Below are positions 22,007-32,782 of a stretch of 32,782 nucleotides of DNA, in pieces. A program made the translations under genes and the position numbers. Source of the DNA: Octopus sinensis (Eukaryota). Below the pieces are notes generated by a model. The model saw only the letters and a program-made list of their open reading frames with translations, was not told where the DNA came from and searched no databases. The stretch's first letter is position 1, and every line of letters starts with the position of its first letter. Location of the stretch: positions 1 through 32,782 of the forward strand of contig NW_021827509.1 in the NCBI RefSeq assembly GCF_006345805.1. Reading direction: 5' to 3'.

Positions 22007-22054
<48 letters not shown>

Positions 22055-22084
22055 CGCACTTTCAATGTGCCTTGTGTAACGGTT

Positions 22085-22595
22085 AAGCAAGGGCCAGCTT
22101 CCGGAACCTCTCGCCCAACGTGGGCATTTCGAGCACATGTTGGTGCTCTGCATCTGGTGGAATCACCAAGGGATAATTCTCCTCGAATTTCTTCTGGACG
22201 GTCGAACCATCGATGCCAACCTGTACTCCGGAAGATGTATGCCATTGTGCGGCAAAAATACCTGGCATATGGCTAACAGAAAGCAAGTTCTTTTGCAGCA
22301 AGACAAACCAACACCTCTTACCGCTCGAAGACCCCGAATAAACAGCAGGAACTTTTTGAAATCAAGCTGATGCTACTCACGGAATACAGTCCGGATCCAT
22401 CTCCCTCGGATTATTCCCTGTTCCGATGCAGAGCTTCCTTCTTGCGCTCGCGGCGCTTCATCAACTGAAAGGTGGGTGATTCAGTGAAGGAGTTCTTTGC
22501 TTCGAAGGGCAAGAAGAGGTATGAGCATGGGATCAAAGAACTGGCTGGAAGGTGGTTTCAGACGCTGCAACATGGTGGCCTATACCTTGAATATT
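22085..22595 (+). pseudogene. Mariner transposase C-terminal half, degenerate
   Basis: Reads MLVLCIWWNHQGIILLEFL..RTIDANLYS / VLLQQDKPTPLTAR / EYSPDPSPSDYSLFR (YSPDLAPSDY motif) / FFASK..YEHGIKELAGRWFQTLQHGGLYLEY*. Confidence 0.9.
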
Positions 22596-22651
22596 AGGCT
22601 GCTTTTGTTGAAACTTCACAAATGAAGCTAATAAGTCGGCAAAATACTCTT

Positions 22652-23046
22652 TTCTACTGTAGGCAAAAGGCCCGAAATTTTGGGGGAGGGAGCCAGTCGA
22701 TTAGATCGACACCAGTACACAACTGGTATTTAATTTATCGAACCCGAAAGGATAAAAAACAGAGTCGACCTCGGTGCAATTTGAACTCAGAACGTAGCGG
22801 CAGACGAAATACCTAGTTCTTTACTACCCACAAGGGGCTAAACACAGAGAGGACAAACAAGGACAGACAAACGGATTAAGTCGATTATATCGAACCCAGT
22901 GCGTAACTGGTACTTATTTAATCGACCCCGAAATGATGAAAGGCAAAGTTGACCTCGGCGAAATTTGAACTCAGAACGTAACGGCAGCCGAAATACCGCT
23001 GAGCATTTCGCCCGGCGTGCTAACGATTCTGCCAGCTTGCCGCCTT
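22652..23046 (-). mobile_element. Two tandem Nin/Deu-domain-like tRNA SINEs (22814-23046 with head; 22652-22813 truncated)
   Basis: Head ggcggcaagctggcagaatcgttagc..gagttcaaatt. Central ttgcctttcatcatttcggggtcgattaaataagtaccag resembles the Nin/Deu domain. Confidence 0.75.
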
Positions 23047-24194
23047 CAGTTACCAAAATATTTGCAAGTCATTTGACTCAACACGGTATTTCATAATCGT
23101 TATTTATTTATTTTTTAGTTTTTGCTATTTCCAAATATGGATCATTTCAGACATGTCTGAGATGTCTGCTAGACATACAAACAAACAAGGAAGGTGTTAT
23201 ATGGCAACACATCAACATTAACTATAGATCTGCATCTACAGAATCCAGGTAACAATCAAATATGGTGATTTTCGACATGGACTTCAACAGGTTTTAAAAT
23301 TATGTGGAGATAAATGACAAATGGCGAATTATGAAAGCAATACAGCTTCACGATGTTTCTTTGCATCTTTTGTTGCTTGAGCACAGAATGTTATCAATCA
23401 ACGCCGACTTTTGTGACATTTACAAATGAACAAATTATAACGTTAATTATATATATGTGTGTGTGTGAGTATATGTGGGTATATATATATCTATACATAT
23501 GTGTGTGTGTGTGTGTATGTATACACACATATATATATATATATATATGCATATCCATTATATATACATATATATATATTATTTATACATACATATATTC
23601 ATATGTATATATATATGTACATACATACATACATACATACATAAACACACACACACATATATATATATATATATGCATATGTATATATACATCAATGACA
23701 CAAAAAAGTCAATACACATATGCACACACACATACATATATAAACATTTACATATACACACATTATATATACGCAGCATACATTGCTTAGATTTCCATTC
23801 TTTTGCAACCAGGTAATGTAAATTCCCACCTGTTCCAGTTGTCCTTCATAATGTTGTTGTTATTGAAATTAATGCTCTTTTTCACATTTTCTAGAGTCGA
23901 ATGTTTGAAAGCAAAAACAAAACGAAATTTGGATAAAAAAAATACAAAGAAATAAGGAGACATAAATGATAAATGTCCTCTCCTTATCCTAAACACTTTC
24001 CAAAGAACACAACAAGACAAAACAAAATACCAAAGAAATATATCTAAAAAACACAAAGCAAAACATCATATTCGAAGAATTTACCCAACGGTTTCCATTA
24101 TTCTAGAATTGAATAGAAGAATTTTTACGAAAGAGAAGCATTGTATTTGGCAAAAGAAGTAAATAAAATAAGAGGAAAAATAAAATGAAATATC

Positions 24195-24730
24195 TTTTTT
24201 CTTTCACTTATTTCTGTCATTGAACTGAGACCATGCTGGGGCAATTTCTTGAGAGATTTCAGTCGAATAGACCTCTCCCAGTACGTATTGTTTTGTGATT
24301 TTTTTTTCTTTCTGGAAGTCTAGTAATTATTTTGTCGTTCTTTTAGGTCGAACCGCTCAGTTATGAGGAGGTAAACATTGCAAGTCTAGTTGTCACGTGA
24401 TGTTTATGGCAGCGACAAACATATAGCCACATATCCTTACCGTCATCTACGCGCGCGCACACGCACACGTACAAACGCACAAACACACACACGCAAAACA
24501 CACATACACACACACACACATATGTCTTTTGTATGATTTTCAATCATTGGATTGCGGCCATGCTACAGCACCGCCTTAAAAAGTTTTTACTCGAATGAAT
24601 CGACACCCGGTACTTATGGTTTTGAAAGCTTGATACTTATTCTATCGGTTTCTTTTGCCGAACCGCGAAGTTACGGGGACGTAAACACACCAACACCGGT
24701 TGTCAACCGATGGTGGGGAACAATCAAACA
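24195..24730 (-). mobile_element. Two SINE 3'-half remnants (degenerate 24195-24380; better preserved 24535-24730)
   Basis: gcggccatgctacagcaccgcc..gaaccgcgaagttacggggacgtaaacacacc matches the reverse complement of the OR-like SINE. Confidence 0.75.
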
Positions 24731-24771
24731 CACACACATGCACACAAACACATATATATATAACTATATAC

Positions 24772-24836
<65 letters not shown>

Positions 24837-24841
24837 TTTAT

Positions 24842-24888
<47 letters not shown>

Positions 24889-24891
<3 letters not shown>

Positions 24892-25276
24892 GGGAAGCAC
24901 TCCGTCGGTTACGACGACGAGGGTTCCGGTTGATCCGAATCAACGGAACAGCCTGCTCGTGAAATTAACGTGTAAGTGGCTGAGCACTCCACAGACACGT
25001 GTACCCTTAACGTAGTTCTCGGGGATATTCAGCGTGACACAGAGAGTGACAAGGCCGGCCCTTTGAAATACAGGTACAACAGAAACAGGAAGTAAGAGTG
25101 AGAGAAAGTCGTGGTGTAAGAGCACAGCAGGGATCACCACCATCCCCTGCCGGAGCCTCGTGGAGCTTTAAGTGTTTTCGCTCAATAAACACTCACAACG
25201 CCCGGTCTGGGAATCGAAACCGCGATCCTATGACCACGAGTCCGCTGCCCTAACCACTGGGCCATTGCGCCTCCAC
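24889..25276 (-). mobile_element. Full-length tRNA-derived SINE, further family
   Basis: Minus strand ggcgcaatggcccagtggttagggc (A box), ggtttcgattcccagacc (B box), with a ~300-bp body ending ..gtaaccgacggagtgcttcccc. Confidence 0.85.
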
Positions 25277-25394
25277 ATACATACATAAATATATATATAT
25301 ATATATATACATATATATACATATATATACATATATATATATATATACATATATATATACATATATATATACATATATATACATATATATATAC

Positions 25395-25437
<43 letters not shown>

Positions 25438-25586
25438 TATATACATATATATATACATATATATATACAATATATATACATATATATATACATGTATATA
25501 TACTATATATATACTATATATATATTACATATATATATACATATATATATAGATATATATCACATATATATTACATATATATATAC

Positions 25587-25644
<58 letters not shown>

Positions 25645-25647
25645 TAC

Positions 25648-25712
<65 letters not shown>
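25277..25712. repeat. Long (TA)n/(TACATA)n tract
   Basis: Read directly from the sequence. Confidence 0.97.
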
Positions 25713-25716
<4 letters not shown>

Positions 25717-25827
25717 GGTGCAGGCAACAGGTTGCTTGGCCGCACACCGAAAATTTAGAAATGGCTGCCATAGAGTATTTATTTCTATTTTCTACAAGTG
25801 GGACTCCACATACGACATATCCCTGTA

Positions 25828-26231
25828 ATTCACATCTGCAAAACAGAAGGAATTAATAACGAAAACAAAGTCTAATGGTCATTTGCGAACATGTTTCTCC
25901 ATAAAAATAGATTTATCAAATGGTACGTACCTCATCCTTCTGACCAGGCGACATCAAAAGGGTGGAAGAAAGCGAGCATAGGCTGGGTTGTCGTAAGGGA
26001 GTGAAAATTCCAATTAGTAATATAATGATAAGAGTAAATAATTTCTTTAATGGTTTTTAAAAAATCAACAATTATTTACTGGTGAGGTACGTAGCATTTG
26101 ATAAACCTATTTTTATTGAGAGTTGCACTGATGAAAGATATGAAATTATATTTCTAATCTAGAAACATGTTTGCAAATGACCATTAGACTTTGTTTTCGT
26201 CATTTATTCCTTCTGTTTTGCATATGTGAAT
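25828..26231. mobile_element. MITE-like element with bipartite ~105-bp inverted repeats and possible TGTA target-site duplication
   Basis: 25828-25900 pairs with 26161-26231 and 25906-25937 pairs with 26081-26112. TGTA lies at 25824-25827 and 26232-26235. Confidence 0.75.
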
Positions 26232-26332
26232 TGTAAATAATTGTTGGTTATTTACTCTTCTTCTTCTTATTATTATTACTATTATTATTTATATATATAT
26301 ATATATTATTATATATATATATATATATAATA

Positions 26333-26630
26333 TACGTCGGGCTTCTTTCACTGTCCGTCTACCGAATCTACTCGCAAGGAATCTGTCTGTTCGAGGCTAG
26401 AGTAGAAAAAAAACCTAGACAAGGTGCCGGGCAGTGGGACTGAACCCGGAACCATATCACTAGAAAGCAAACATCTTAGCACATCCGACTAACGAATTCC
26501 CGCACCAGGCACTGGCCAGTCTGGCAGGGGCTATAGTGGAGAGCACTTCCCCAAGTTACCGGGCAGTGAGATTGAACCCGGGACGGCGTTACAGCCAAGG
26601 AAGCTTCTTAAGTATGCAGCTATGCCTCCT
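26333..26630 (-). mobile_element. Two degenerate SINE 5' halves in tandem
   Basis: Two copies of ..aagg/aagttaccgggcagtg(g/a)gat/ctgaacccgg, the reverse complement of the SINE head and core. Confidence 0.65.
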
Positions 26631-27052
26631 GCATAGAACTGTCTTTTTACAAAAGATTGAATAACACTTTGAAATTCTTTAAAGATTGACAACTTCCAAT
26701 TAAAATGTTTGGGAAATTCTTAAGTTTCAAATTAACCATAAAATATATGGTGTGTATGTATGTAGGTATGCATGAATATATGTATGTGTGATTGCATGTA
26801 TGAATGTATGTATGTGTATATGTATGCATGCATATATATACATACATACGTATATACATATATATATATATATATATACATATATATGTATATATTTATA
26901 TATATATATATACATATATATACATATATATATATACGCACATATATACACGCACGCACACACACACAAATATATACTTATAGATATATATTTATATATA
27001 CATTTTTATATAATATTTTATGTGTATTTGTATATACCTACATACATTATAT

Positions 27053-27128
<76 letters not shown>

Positions 27129-27268
27129 TACGCATATATTAATCTATGTAAATATATGAATATATGTTCAGGCATTTAAACAAAGTAGCACGCATATACA
27201 TACTTACATACGCACATGCTTACATACATACATACATATATACATACTTACATACATACATACATACG

Positions 27269-27304
<36 letters not shown>

Positions 27305-27789
27305 TACACATCTATGCACATTTGCATGTGTGTGTGTGTGTCTGTATGTGTGTGTGCGCGTATTTTCAAATAACTCTATAGAAATTTTAATTGTTTCCTT
27401 TATAGGAGAGCAAGCAAGGTAGACAATTAACCATAACGACTAACGCTATTTGGCCAAACATGGCTTCAAAACATGACAAATATGATAATTCTAATTGTCC
27501 AAATAACTTGTTTGGAAATTGCAACGAACATACACAGACACACACGTTCACATAAACACGTATTTACATACTCACACAGAGGTGCATTTAAAAATCACAC
27601 AGAAGAAGTATATATGTTCTGTGTGTGTGTGTGTTTGTGTAACTTCGAGAACTGTCTCCAGCCAAACTTGCAGCTGTCTGTAAAAATTTTCTTTTCTGAA
27701 TTGAGTGTATGCGTGTGTGTGTGTTTGTGCATATCTGTGTGTGTGTGTGCTTAAACATATACATATACATTCCTATATACATGCATGTG

Positions 27790-27995
27790 ACTGCGTGTGT
27801 ATCGTTGGTGATTTTTTTTCCTCCGTCTTCCCTTCCTTGGATCTTTCCTTTTTCTATGTTTCTGACGAAGAGCTCCGCTCGAAACGTTAATCCTCTTTCT
27901 TTCCTTTCCTGAGCGTCCAATAACACTATACTTGTTCCACTTCCTAGCGTTCTGGTGTTTTCTCTTTGCATTTTCATGTTTGGATTAACTCTGCA
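27790..27995 (+). mobile_element. Solo PLE-LTR-like fragment
   Basis: Pyrimidine-rich ~200-bp segment containing a minimal hammerhead motif and ending in (TA)n. Confidence 0.55.
27858..27892 (+). ncRNA. Minimal type I hammerhead-like motif
   Basis: GTTT-CTGACGA-A-GAGC TCC GCTC-GAAA-CG-TT-AATC. One extra A follows the core. Stem II is 4 bp, stem III is the palindrome ACGT, the site is GUU and stem I is weak. Confidence 0.6.
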
Positions 27996-28012
27996 TATAT
28001 ATATATATACAG

Positions 28013-28018
28013 ATAAAC

Positions 28019-28085
<67 letters not shown>

Positions 28086-28165
28086 GAGACAGACAGACAG
28101 ACAGATAAATACATACGTACATACATACATACATACATACATACATACATACATACATACATACA

Positions 28166-28195
<30 letters not shown>
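28013..28195. repeat. (GATA)n/(GACA)n/(CATA)n compound microsatellite
   Basis: Read directly from the sequence. Confidence 0.96.
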
Positions 28196-28199
<4 letters not shown>

Positions 28200-28316
28200 C
28201 GAGAGGGTACTGAAAAGTTCCTGGCTTTAAAAGTATCGCGAAAGGCCTGCTTGGAGGTCCAACCTTCTGAGTTCTTTTACAGGGCTTAGAATAACTGAAG
28301 GACCGTTGCAATAAGG
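28200..28316 (+). mobile_element. Left end of a mariner-derived non-autonomous element
   Basis: TA|cgagagggtactgaaaagttcctggct is a mariner-like TIR. It is followed by a C-terminal remnant FLQGLE*LKDRCNK. Confidence 0.6.
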
Positions 28317-28325
28317 AGATCAGAC

Positions 28326-28382
28326 GGATAAGGGGTCGGCCTCCGGAGCCGAAGTTAGTGGGTCCAATTCCCATCAGGGTCG
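28326..28382 (+). pseudogene. 5'-truncated tRNA-Arg(CCG)-like fragment
   Basis: ggataagg..TCGGC ct CCG ga GCCGA (anticodon arm), GTGGG tccaatt CCCAT (T arm with degenerate B box), then cagggtcg. The 5' acceptor strand and A box are missing. Confidence 0.7.
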
Positions 28383-28469
28383 ATATTCAAAGGTATCATT
28401 TTCCTGACTTACGAAATGTATCTTATCATAATTGTATTGGAGCTTTGTATATCACTGCCGTATGGCTTT

Positions 28470-29600
28470 ACTTGCACACACGCCAGCTGAATTTAATTCG
28501 CCATCAGTCGAAAGACACCTGTTGTTATGTCCAGTTATTTGTATTTTGTGTAACATTCTCTATTTTTTCTGTCCTTGTTTTCGTATACATTCGCTGATTT
28601 CTTCCAAGGAATCTAATGCTCTTAGCTTAGTTTTTTTCCTTAGGGCTGGCCAGATTGGAGCAATCTGGAGTATAACCAGCCGAAATTGCAAAGATAATCT
28701 GGAATTCGACTAAGGAAAGAAAACTCCGAATGACCTGTCTTTATTTTCTTTGTATCATTTATGTGGATGTTTTGTTGTCCCTTTTTTGTATCACCTAACT
28801 TTCTGGATGTTTTGCGTTCTTGTCCCATTTTGAATTATATATATAATATATATATAGTGGCGTACATACACTTTGGTCTGTTATATGTAAGTATATATTT
28901 ATCTAAATCTTGTACTTCTTTTATTCTTTCTTTCTTTTATTCTTTCCTTCTTTCTATCAGCCCTTTCACGCTTACTTCGCTTTTTCCACTCTTCGTTCTT
29001 TCGTTCACCCTCTCTCACATTTCCTTGCTTTCCCTTCATGCTCATTTTCCCTCCTCTTTTCACTACACTGTGTTCCTGTCATTTTATCTCGCCCCTCCTT
29101 ATTTCTTCTGTCCCTCTGCCTCTACCTCTCTTTCTTCTCTCCCCATGTGACTGGTGTTCGGCTAAGACTAACCTTTCTTTCTTGGTTCGGCCACCGTCCG
29201 TGTAACATCTATATTCCTCCCTGTGCCTGTAAAACCTCGTATCCCTACCGTAAGGCTTTAATTCCACACACGCCAGCTTAATTTAATTCGCCATTATTCG
29301 ACAAACACCTGTTGTTATGTCCTATTATTTGTATTTGTGTACCATTTCTCCGTTTTTTCCGTCCTTCTTTTCGTATATATTCGCTGATTTCTTCCAAGGA
29401 ATCTAATGCTATTAGCTTTCCTTTGGGGCTGGCCAAATTAGAGCAATCTCGAGTATAACCAGCTGAAATTGCAAAGATATTCTGGAACTCGATTGAGGAA
29501 AGAAAACTCCGAATGACCCGTCCTTGTTTTCTTTGTATCGTCTACCTGGATGTTTTGCTGGCCCTTTTTTGCGTTCTCGCTCTATTTTGTATTTTTTATA

Positions 29601-29622
<22 letters not shown>
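28470..29622 (+). repeat. Two diverged direct copies of a ~350-bp interspersed repeat (28470-28845 and 29262-29622)
   Basis: Shared cacacacgccagc..ttcttccaaggaatctaatgct..gaaattgcaaagata..ggaaagaaaactccgaatgacc. Both end near (TA)n, like the PLE-LTR pieces. Confidence 0.85.
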
Positions 29623-29664
<42 letters not shown>

Positions 29665-29666
29665 AC

Positions 29667-31018
29667 CTATATCTCTGACCTCACACATCAGCAAAGTCAT
29701 GGAACAAATAGTCCGCAAGAAACTAATCATGTTCCTTGAAGAAAATGACTTGCTGTCTGACACCCAGCATGGATTTCGACCAGGTAGAAGCTGCCTAACA
29801 CAGTTCCTGCAACACTATGACTGGGTGTTAAAACAGCTGCTAAATGGCTCAAATGTGGATGTGATATATCTCGACTTCGCAAAAGCCTTTGATAAAGTCG
29901 ACCACGGTATGATCTATCACAAACTGCGTGGTCTCGGCATAGGCGGAAAACTTGGAGAGTGGTTGCACAACTTCCTAAAAGACAGAAGACAGGCAGTTGT
30001 GAGCAATGGAGCCACCTCCAAGGAAACACAAATAACAAGCGGTGTTCCACAGGGCACTGTCTTGGGGCCACTCCTGTTCATAGTGGCCCTTTCAGACATG
30101 CCCTCAGTTGCTACGATCGCCACCCTTGCTAGCTATGCAGATGACACAAAAGTCTCCCACACAATACAAAACCCTGAAAATATTGCGCATCTGCAACAGG
30201 AGTTGAATACAATATACAGGTGGGCTGAGGACAGCAACATGCAGTTTAATGCAGGTAAGTTCCAGGACCTGCGCTACCGGCACACAAAGGTAAACGACGT
30301 GCAGACTGGATACACTAGCCCAGGAAGAATTGTAATCCCTGAGTCAAAATCAGTGCGTGACCTGGGCATTGACATGAGCAATGATGCATCTTTCCAAGTG
30401 CATATCACTAATCTGATGATAAAATGCAGACGGCTAGCTGGATGGATTCTCCGAACTTTCAGAACAAGAGAGAAGGAGACATTGATAGTCCTCTGGAAAA
30501 CATTCGTCCTCAGACGCTTGGACTACTGCTCCCAACTATGGTCACCACACAATATAAAACTAACAGCAGAACTCGAAGCAATTCAAAGAAGCTACACAAA
30601 GAAGATCATCTCAATGCAAAATATCAGCTACTGGGAAAGACTGAAAGTATTAAACCTTTTCTCCCTAGAGCGAAGGCGGGAGAGATATGAAGTGATATAC
30701 ATCTGGAAAATCCTGGAGGGTCTTGTCCCAAACTTTGGTATTCAAAGTTACCCCAACCGCAGAACGGGGCGCCACTGCATGGTGCCAAAGATTCCAACAT
30801 CACCATCAAAATACAGGTCCAGATACTGCAACAGCTTGGGTTTCAGAGGACCACAGATCTTTAACATCCTCCCTAAATGCCTGAGAGACTTACATGGTGT
30901 GGTTGTGGGTTTCTTTAAAACTAAACTGGATCTCTTCTTGTCGGGGGTCCCAGATGAACCTACCTCACGACAGGAGACACAGATGCGGGCAGCGGCATCG
31001 AACTCCCTTGTTGATTAA
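29667..31018 (+). CDS. Reverse transcriptase and C-terminal domain of a CR1-type LINE ORF2 (uninterrupted ~450 codons, no true start)
   Basis: Reads [66 protein letters not shown]. The first ~50 aa of the track ORF come from flank and microsatellite. Confidence 0.93.
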
Positions 31019-31110
31019 GTGCCACGTATCAGAGGTGGATTCACATATTAGTGTAGCTCATTCAGCGGTGGTGCCCCAGCATGGCCGCGGCCTTCGGCCT
31101 AAAACATTTT
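29667..31110 (+). mobile_element. 5'-truncated CR1-clade LINE inserted at a (TA)n tract
   Basis: RT ORF followed by a ~90-bp 3' UTR with a terminal hairpin (ggcc-ttc-ggcc). Confidence 0.92.
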
Positions 31111-31127
31111 TAAGGAGTTATTATATA

Positions 31128-31205
<78 letters not shown>

Positions 31206-31274
31206 TATATGTATATATATATGCATATATGTATATATATATGCATATATATATATATATCTATATATATCATA

Positions 31275-31432
31275 AGTTGAGACGGGAAGGATGACTTCCC
31301 TTTGCAAATACTGACAGGACACAGATAGTGTGTCTATGGCCAGCTGGAGGAGTGTGTCCTCCTGGGGCTAAAAACTACAGTAGCATCCACCCTTAGGGGT
31401 TAGCCATATTGAAATGGCAAAAATACGTCACG
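31275..31432 (+). mobile_element. PLE-associated LTR-like fragment related to 8820-8935
   Basis: ggacacagatagtgtgtc..gccagctggag..tcctggggcta..ccacccttag.ggttagccatattga.atggc is shared with 8821-8925. Confidence 0.7.
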
Positions 31433-31488
31433 ATATATATATATATATATATACATACATACACATATATATATATATATGAATACAT

Positions 31489-31652
31489 AGGCGCAGGAGC
31501 GGCTGTTTGGTAAGTAGTTTCTTTACCAACCACATGGTTCTGGGTTCAGTCCAACTGCCTGGCACCTTGGGCAAGTGTCTTCTACTACAGCCTTGGGCCG
31601 ACCAAAGCCTTGTGACTGGATTTGATAGACGGAAACTGAAAGAAGCCAGTCG

Positions 31653-31685
<33 letters not shown>

Positions 31686-31760
31686 TTGTGTCTGTGTGTC
31701 TGTTTGCGTACCCCCAACATCGCTTGACAATCGATGCTGGTGTATTTGCATACCCCGGTT
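31489..31760 (+). mobile_element. SINE 5' part (OR/CORE-like)
   Basis: aggcgcaggagcggctg..gggttcagtcc..caccttgggcaagtgtcttctact. Confidence 0.88.
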
Positions 31761-32006
31761 TATTTATTCAGCGCAGAAGGTATTCGCATCATCAGTGAAT
31801 GTATTATTCACCTGTTCCCATAACGGACGTGACAAATCTCATCTAGACACGAGACTGCGTGCAAATGCATGTTATTGACAAGCCAACAAATCGGCAACGC
31901 GTCTGGCGTTTCGTCTCTCTTCCAGGTACATTGTGTTATTCAACGCATCATGCCCGTAAAATCTTTTGCCTTCTTGCCTTTCGACAGAGTATATATATAT
32001 TTATTA

Positions 32007-32383
32007 CTAGCAGTATCGCCCGGCGTTGCTCAGGTTTGTAAGGGAAATAACTATAAAGCATTTTTAGAGAGTTATAGCCAAAAAATAGCCAAAAAAATGG
32101 AAAAAAATGATGGTAAATTTTTTTTTAGAGTAAAAAAAGGTGGAGATGCGTCCCCCAGACAGTTTGCGGTTTGTGTTTCTGATTCTCGACCCCATGTCGA
32201 ATTTATCGATTTTTTTCAGAACTGGGGGAACTTTTCAAAATTGTCGCTGCGTTAGTTTTGAATTATGACATTGGGCTATGTGTGTGTCAAGTTTCATCAG
32301 AATCGGTTGAAAGCCGTGGTCAGGGTGAGGGTACAACGTGACAGACACACAGACAGACAAACTGCCGTTTATATAGAGAGAGA
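32007..32383 (-). mobile_element. Non-autonomous Helitron
   Basis: Minus strand A|TCtctctctatataaacggcagtttgtctg at the 5' end and ..gagcaacgccgggcgatactgCTAG|T at the 3' end. The ends match 17490-17866. Confidence 0.8.
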
Positions 32384-32394
32384 TGACACGAAGA

Positions 32395-32720
32395 AGTCTG
32401 TGCGTGTACGAGCGCGACTGTGTATGTGCGTGTGTGTCTATGTGTGACTGTGCGTGTGTGTGTGTGTGCGTGATGCGCGCGTGACTGTGTGTCTGTATGT
32501 GTCTATGTGTATGTGTGTCTATGTGTGCGTGTGTGTTTGTGTGTGTGTGTGTGTGCGGATCTATATGGGTGTATGTTCGTGTGCGCATATGTGTGTACTT
32601 GCGTGTGTTTAAGTGTGTGTGTATGTGCGTGTGCGCATGTTTCTGTGTGCGTGTGTATATATGTATGTGTATGTATGTGTGTGCGCGCGCGTGTGTGCGT
32701 GTGTATATGAGTGTGTGTGG
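32395..32720. repeat. Degenerate (TG)n tract
   Basis: Read directly from the sequence. Confidence 0.95.
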
Positions 32721-32782
32721 AGGGGGAATGTGTGGATGGATACTCGCATCTTAAAAGAGTTTCGAGATGAGAAACATTCAAA

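Larger units (their letters stand above)
20861..22010. mobile_element. Terminally redundant 431-bp hammerhead-bearing unit (retrozyme/PLE-LTR-like), arranged as a ~1.1-kb palindrome between (TA)n tracts
   Basis: The unit starts at 20861 and repeats at 21292. It inverts at ~21466. The right arm 21466-22010 is the reverse complement of the left, with a 23-bp deletion near 21590. Confidence 0.88.

Noticed and set aside
24889-25276. SINE heads (also 7800-7893, 22970-23046) as tRNA genes
   Set aside because: They have A/B boxes but no complete cloverleaf and continue into SINE bodies.
26128-26155. CTGATGA..GAAA in the MITE right arm as a hammerhead
   Set aside because: Stem II has only 1 bp and there is no stem I partner for the upstream agttgca.
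28637-28700. GGCTGG..CCAGCC-GAAA hairpin (also 29425-29480) as a long-stem-II hammerhead
   Set aside because: The seven bases before the stem are TCCTTAG or CTTTGG-like in both copies, not CUGANGA or a covariant, and stem I cannot be formed. It may be a decayed relative but is not supportable.
29513-29666. N-terminal 50 aa of the 501-aa ORF
   Set aside because: It is read through from an adjacent repeat and (TA)n. LINE homology starts only at ~29667 (PISLTSH).
31765-31800. Minus-strand CTGATGA-TGCG..CGCT-GAAT as a hammerhead
   Set aside because: GAAT replaces GAAA, and there is no stem III or NUH site. It is only a simple hairpin.

Overview
AT-rich eukaryotic non-coding DNA made almost entirely of microsatellites and transposon debris. 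The tRNA-derived SINE families, repeat content and (TA)n density point to a cephalopod, probably Octopus (inference, no search run). No host exon is supported, and most ORFs in the track are translated microsatellites. Recognisable elements are three mariner remnants, a Chapaev3/CMC-like transposase remnant, RTE, CR1 and R4/Dong LINE fragments, Penelope-like (PLE) GIY-YIG fragments, two non-autonomous Helitrons, several MITE-like inverted-repeat elements and about 14 SINE pieces. The main unannotated signal is a set of eight type I hammerhead ribozyme motifs from about six sequence families, all with the short palindromic stem III typical of PLE/retrozyme hammerheads that cleave as dimers. They include a fully canonical hammerhead inside a 399-bp element with perfect 46-bp terminal inverted repeats (9912-9959, minus), a U3-A8 covariant hammerhead 40 nt downstream of a PLE endonuclease ORF (4340-4379, minus), and two hammerheads in a terminally redundant 431-bp retrozyme-like unit folded into a ~1.1-kb palindrome (20861-22010).
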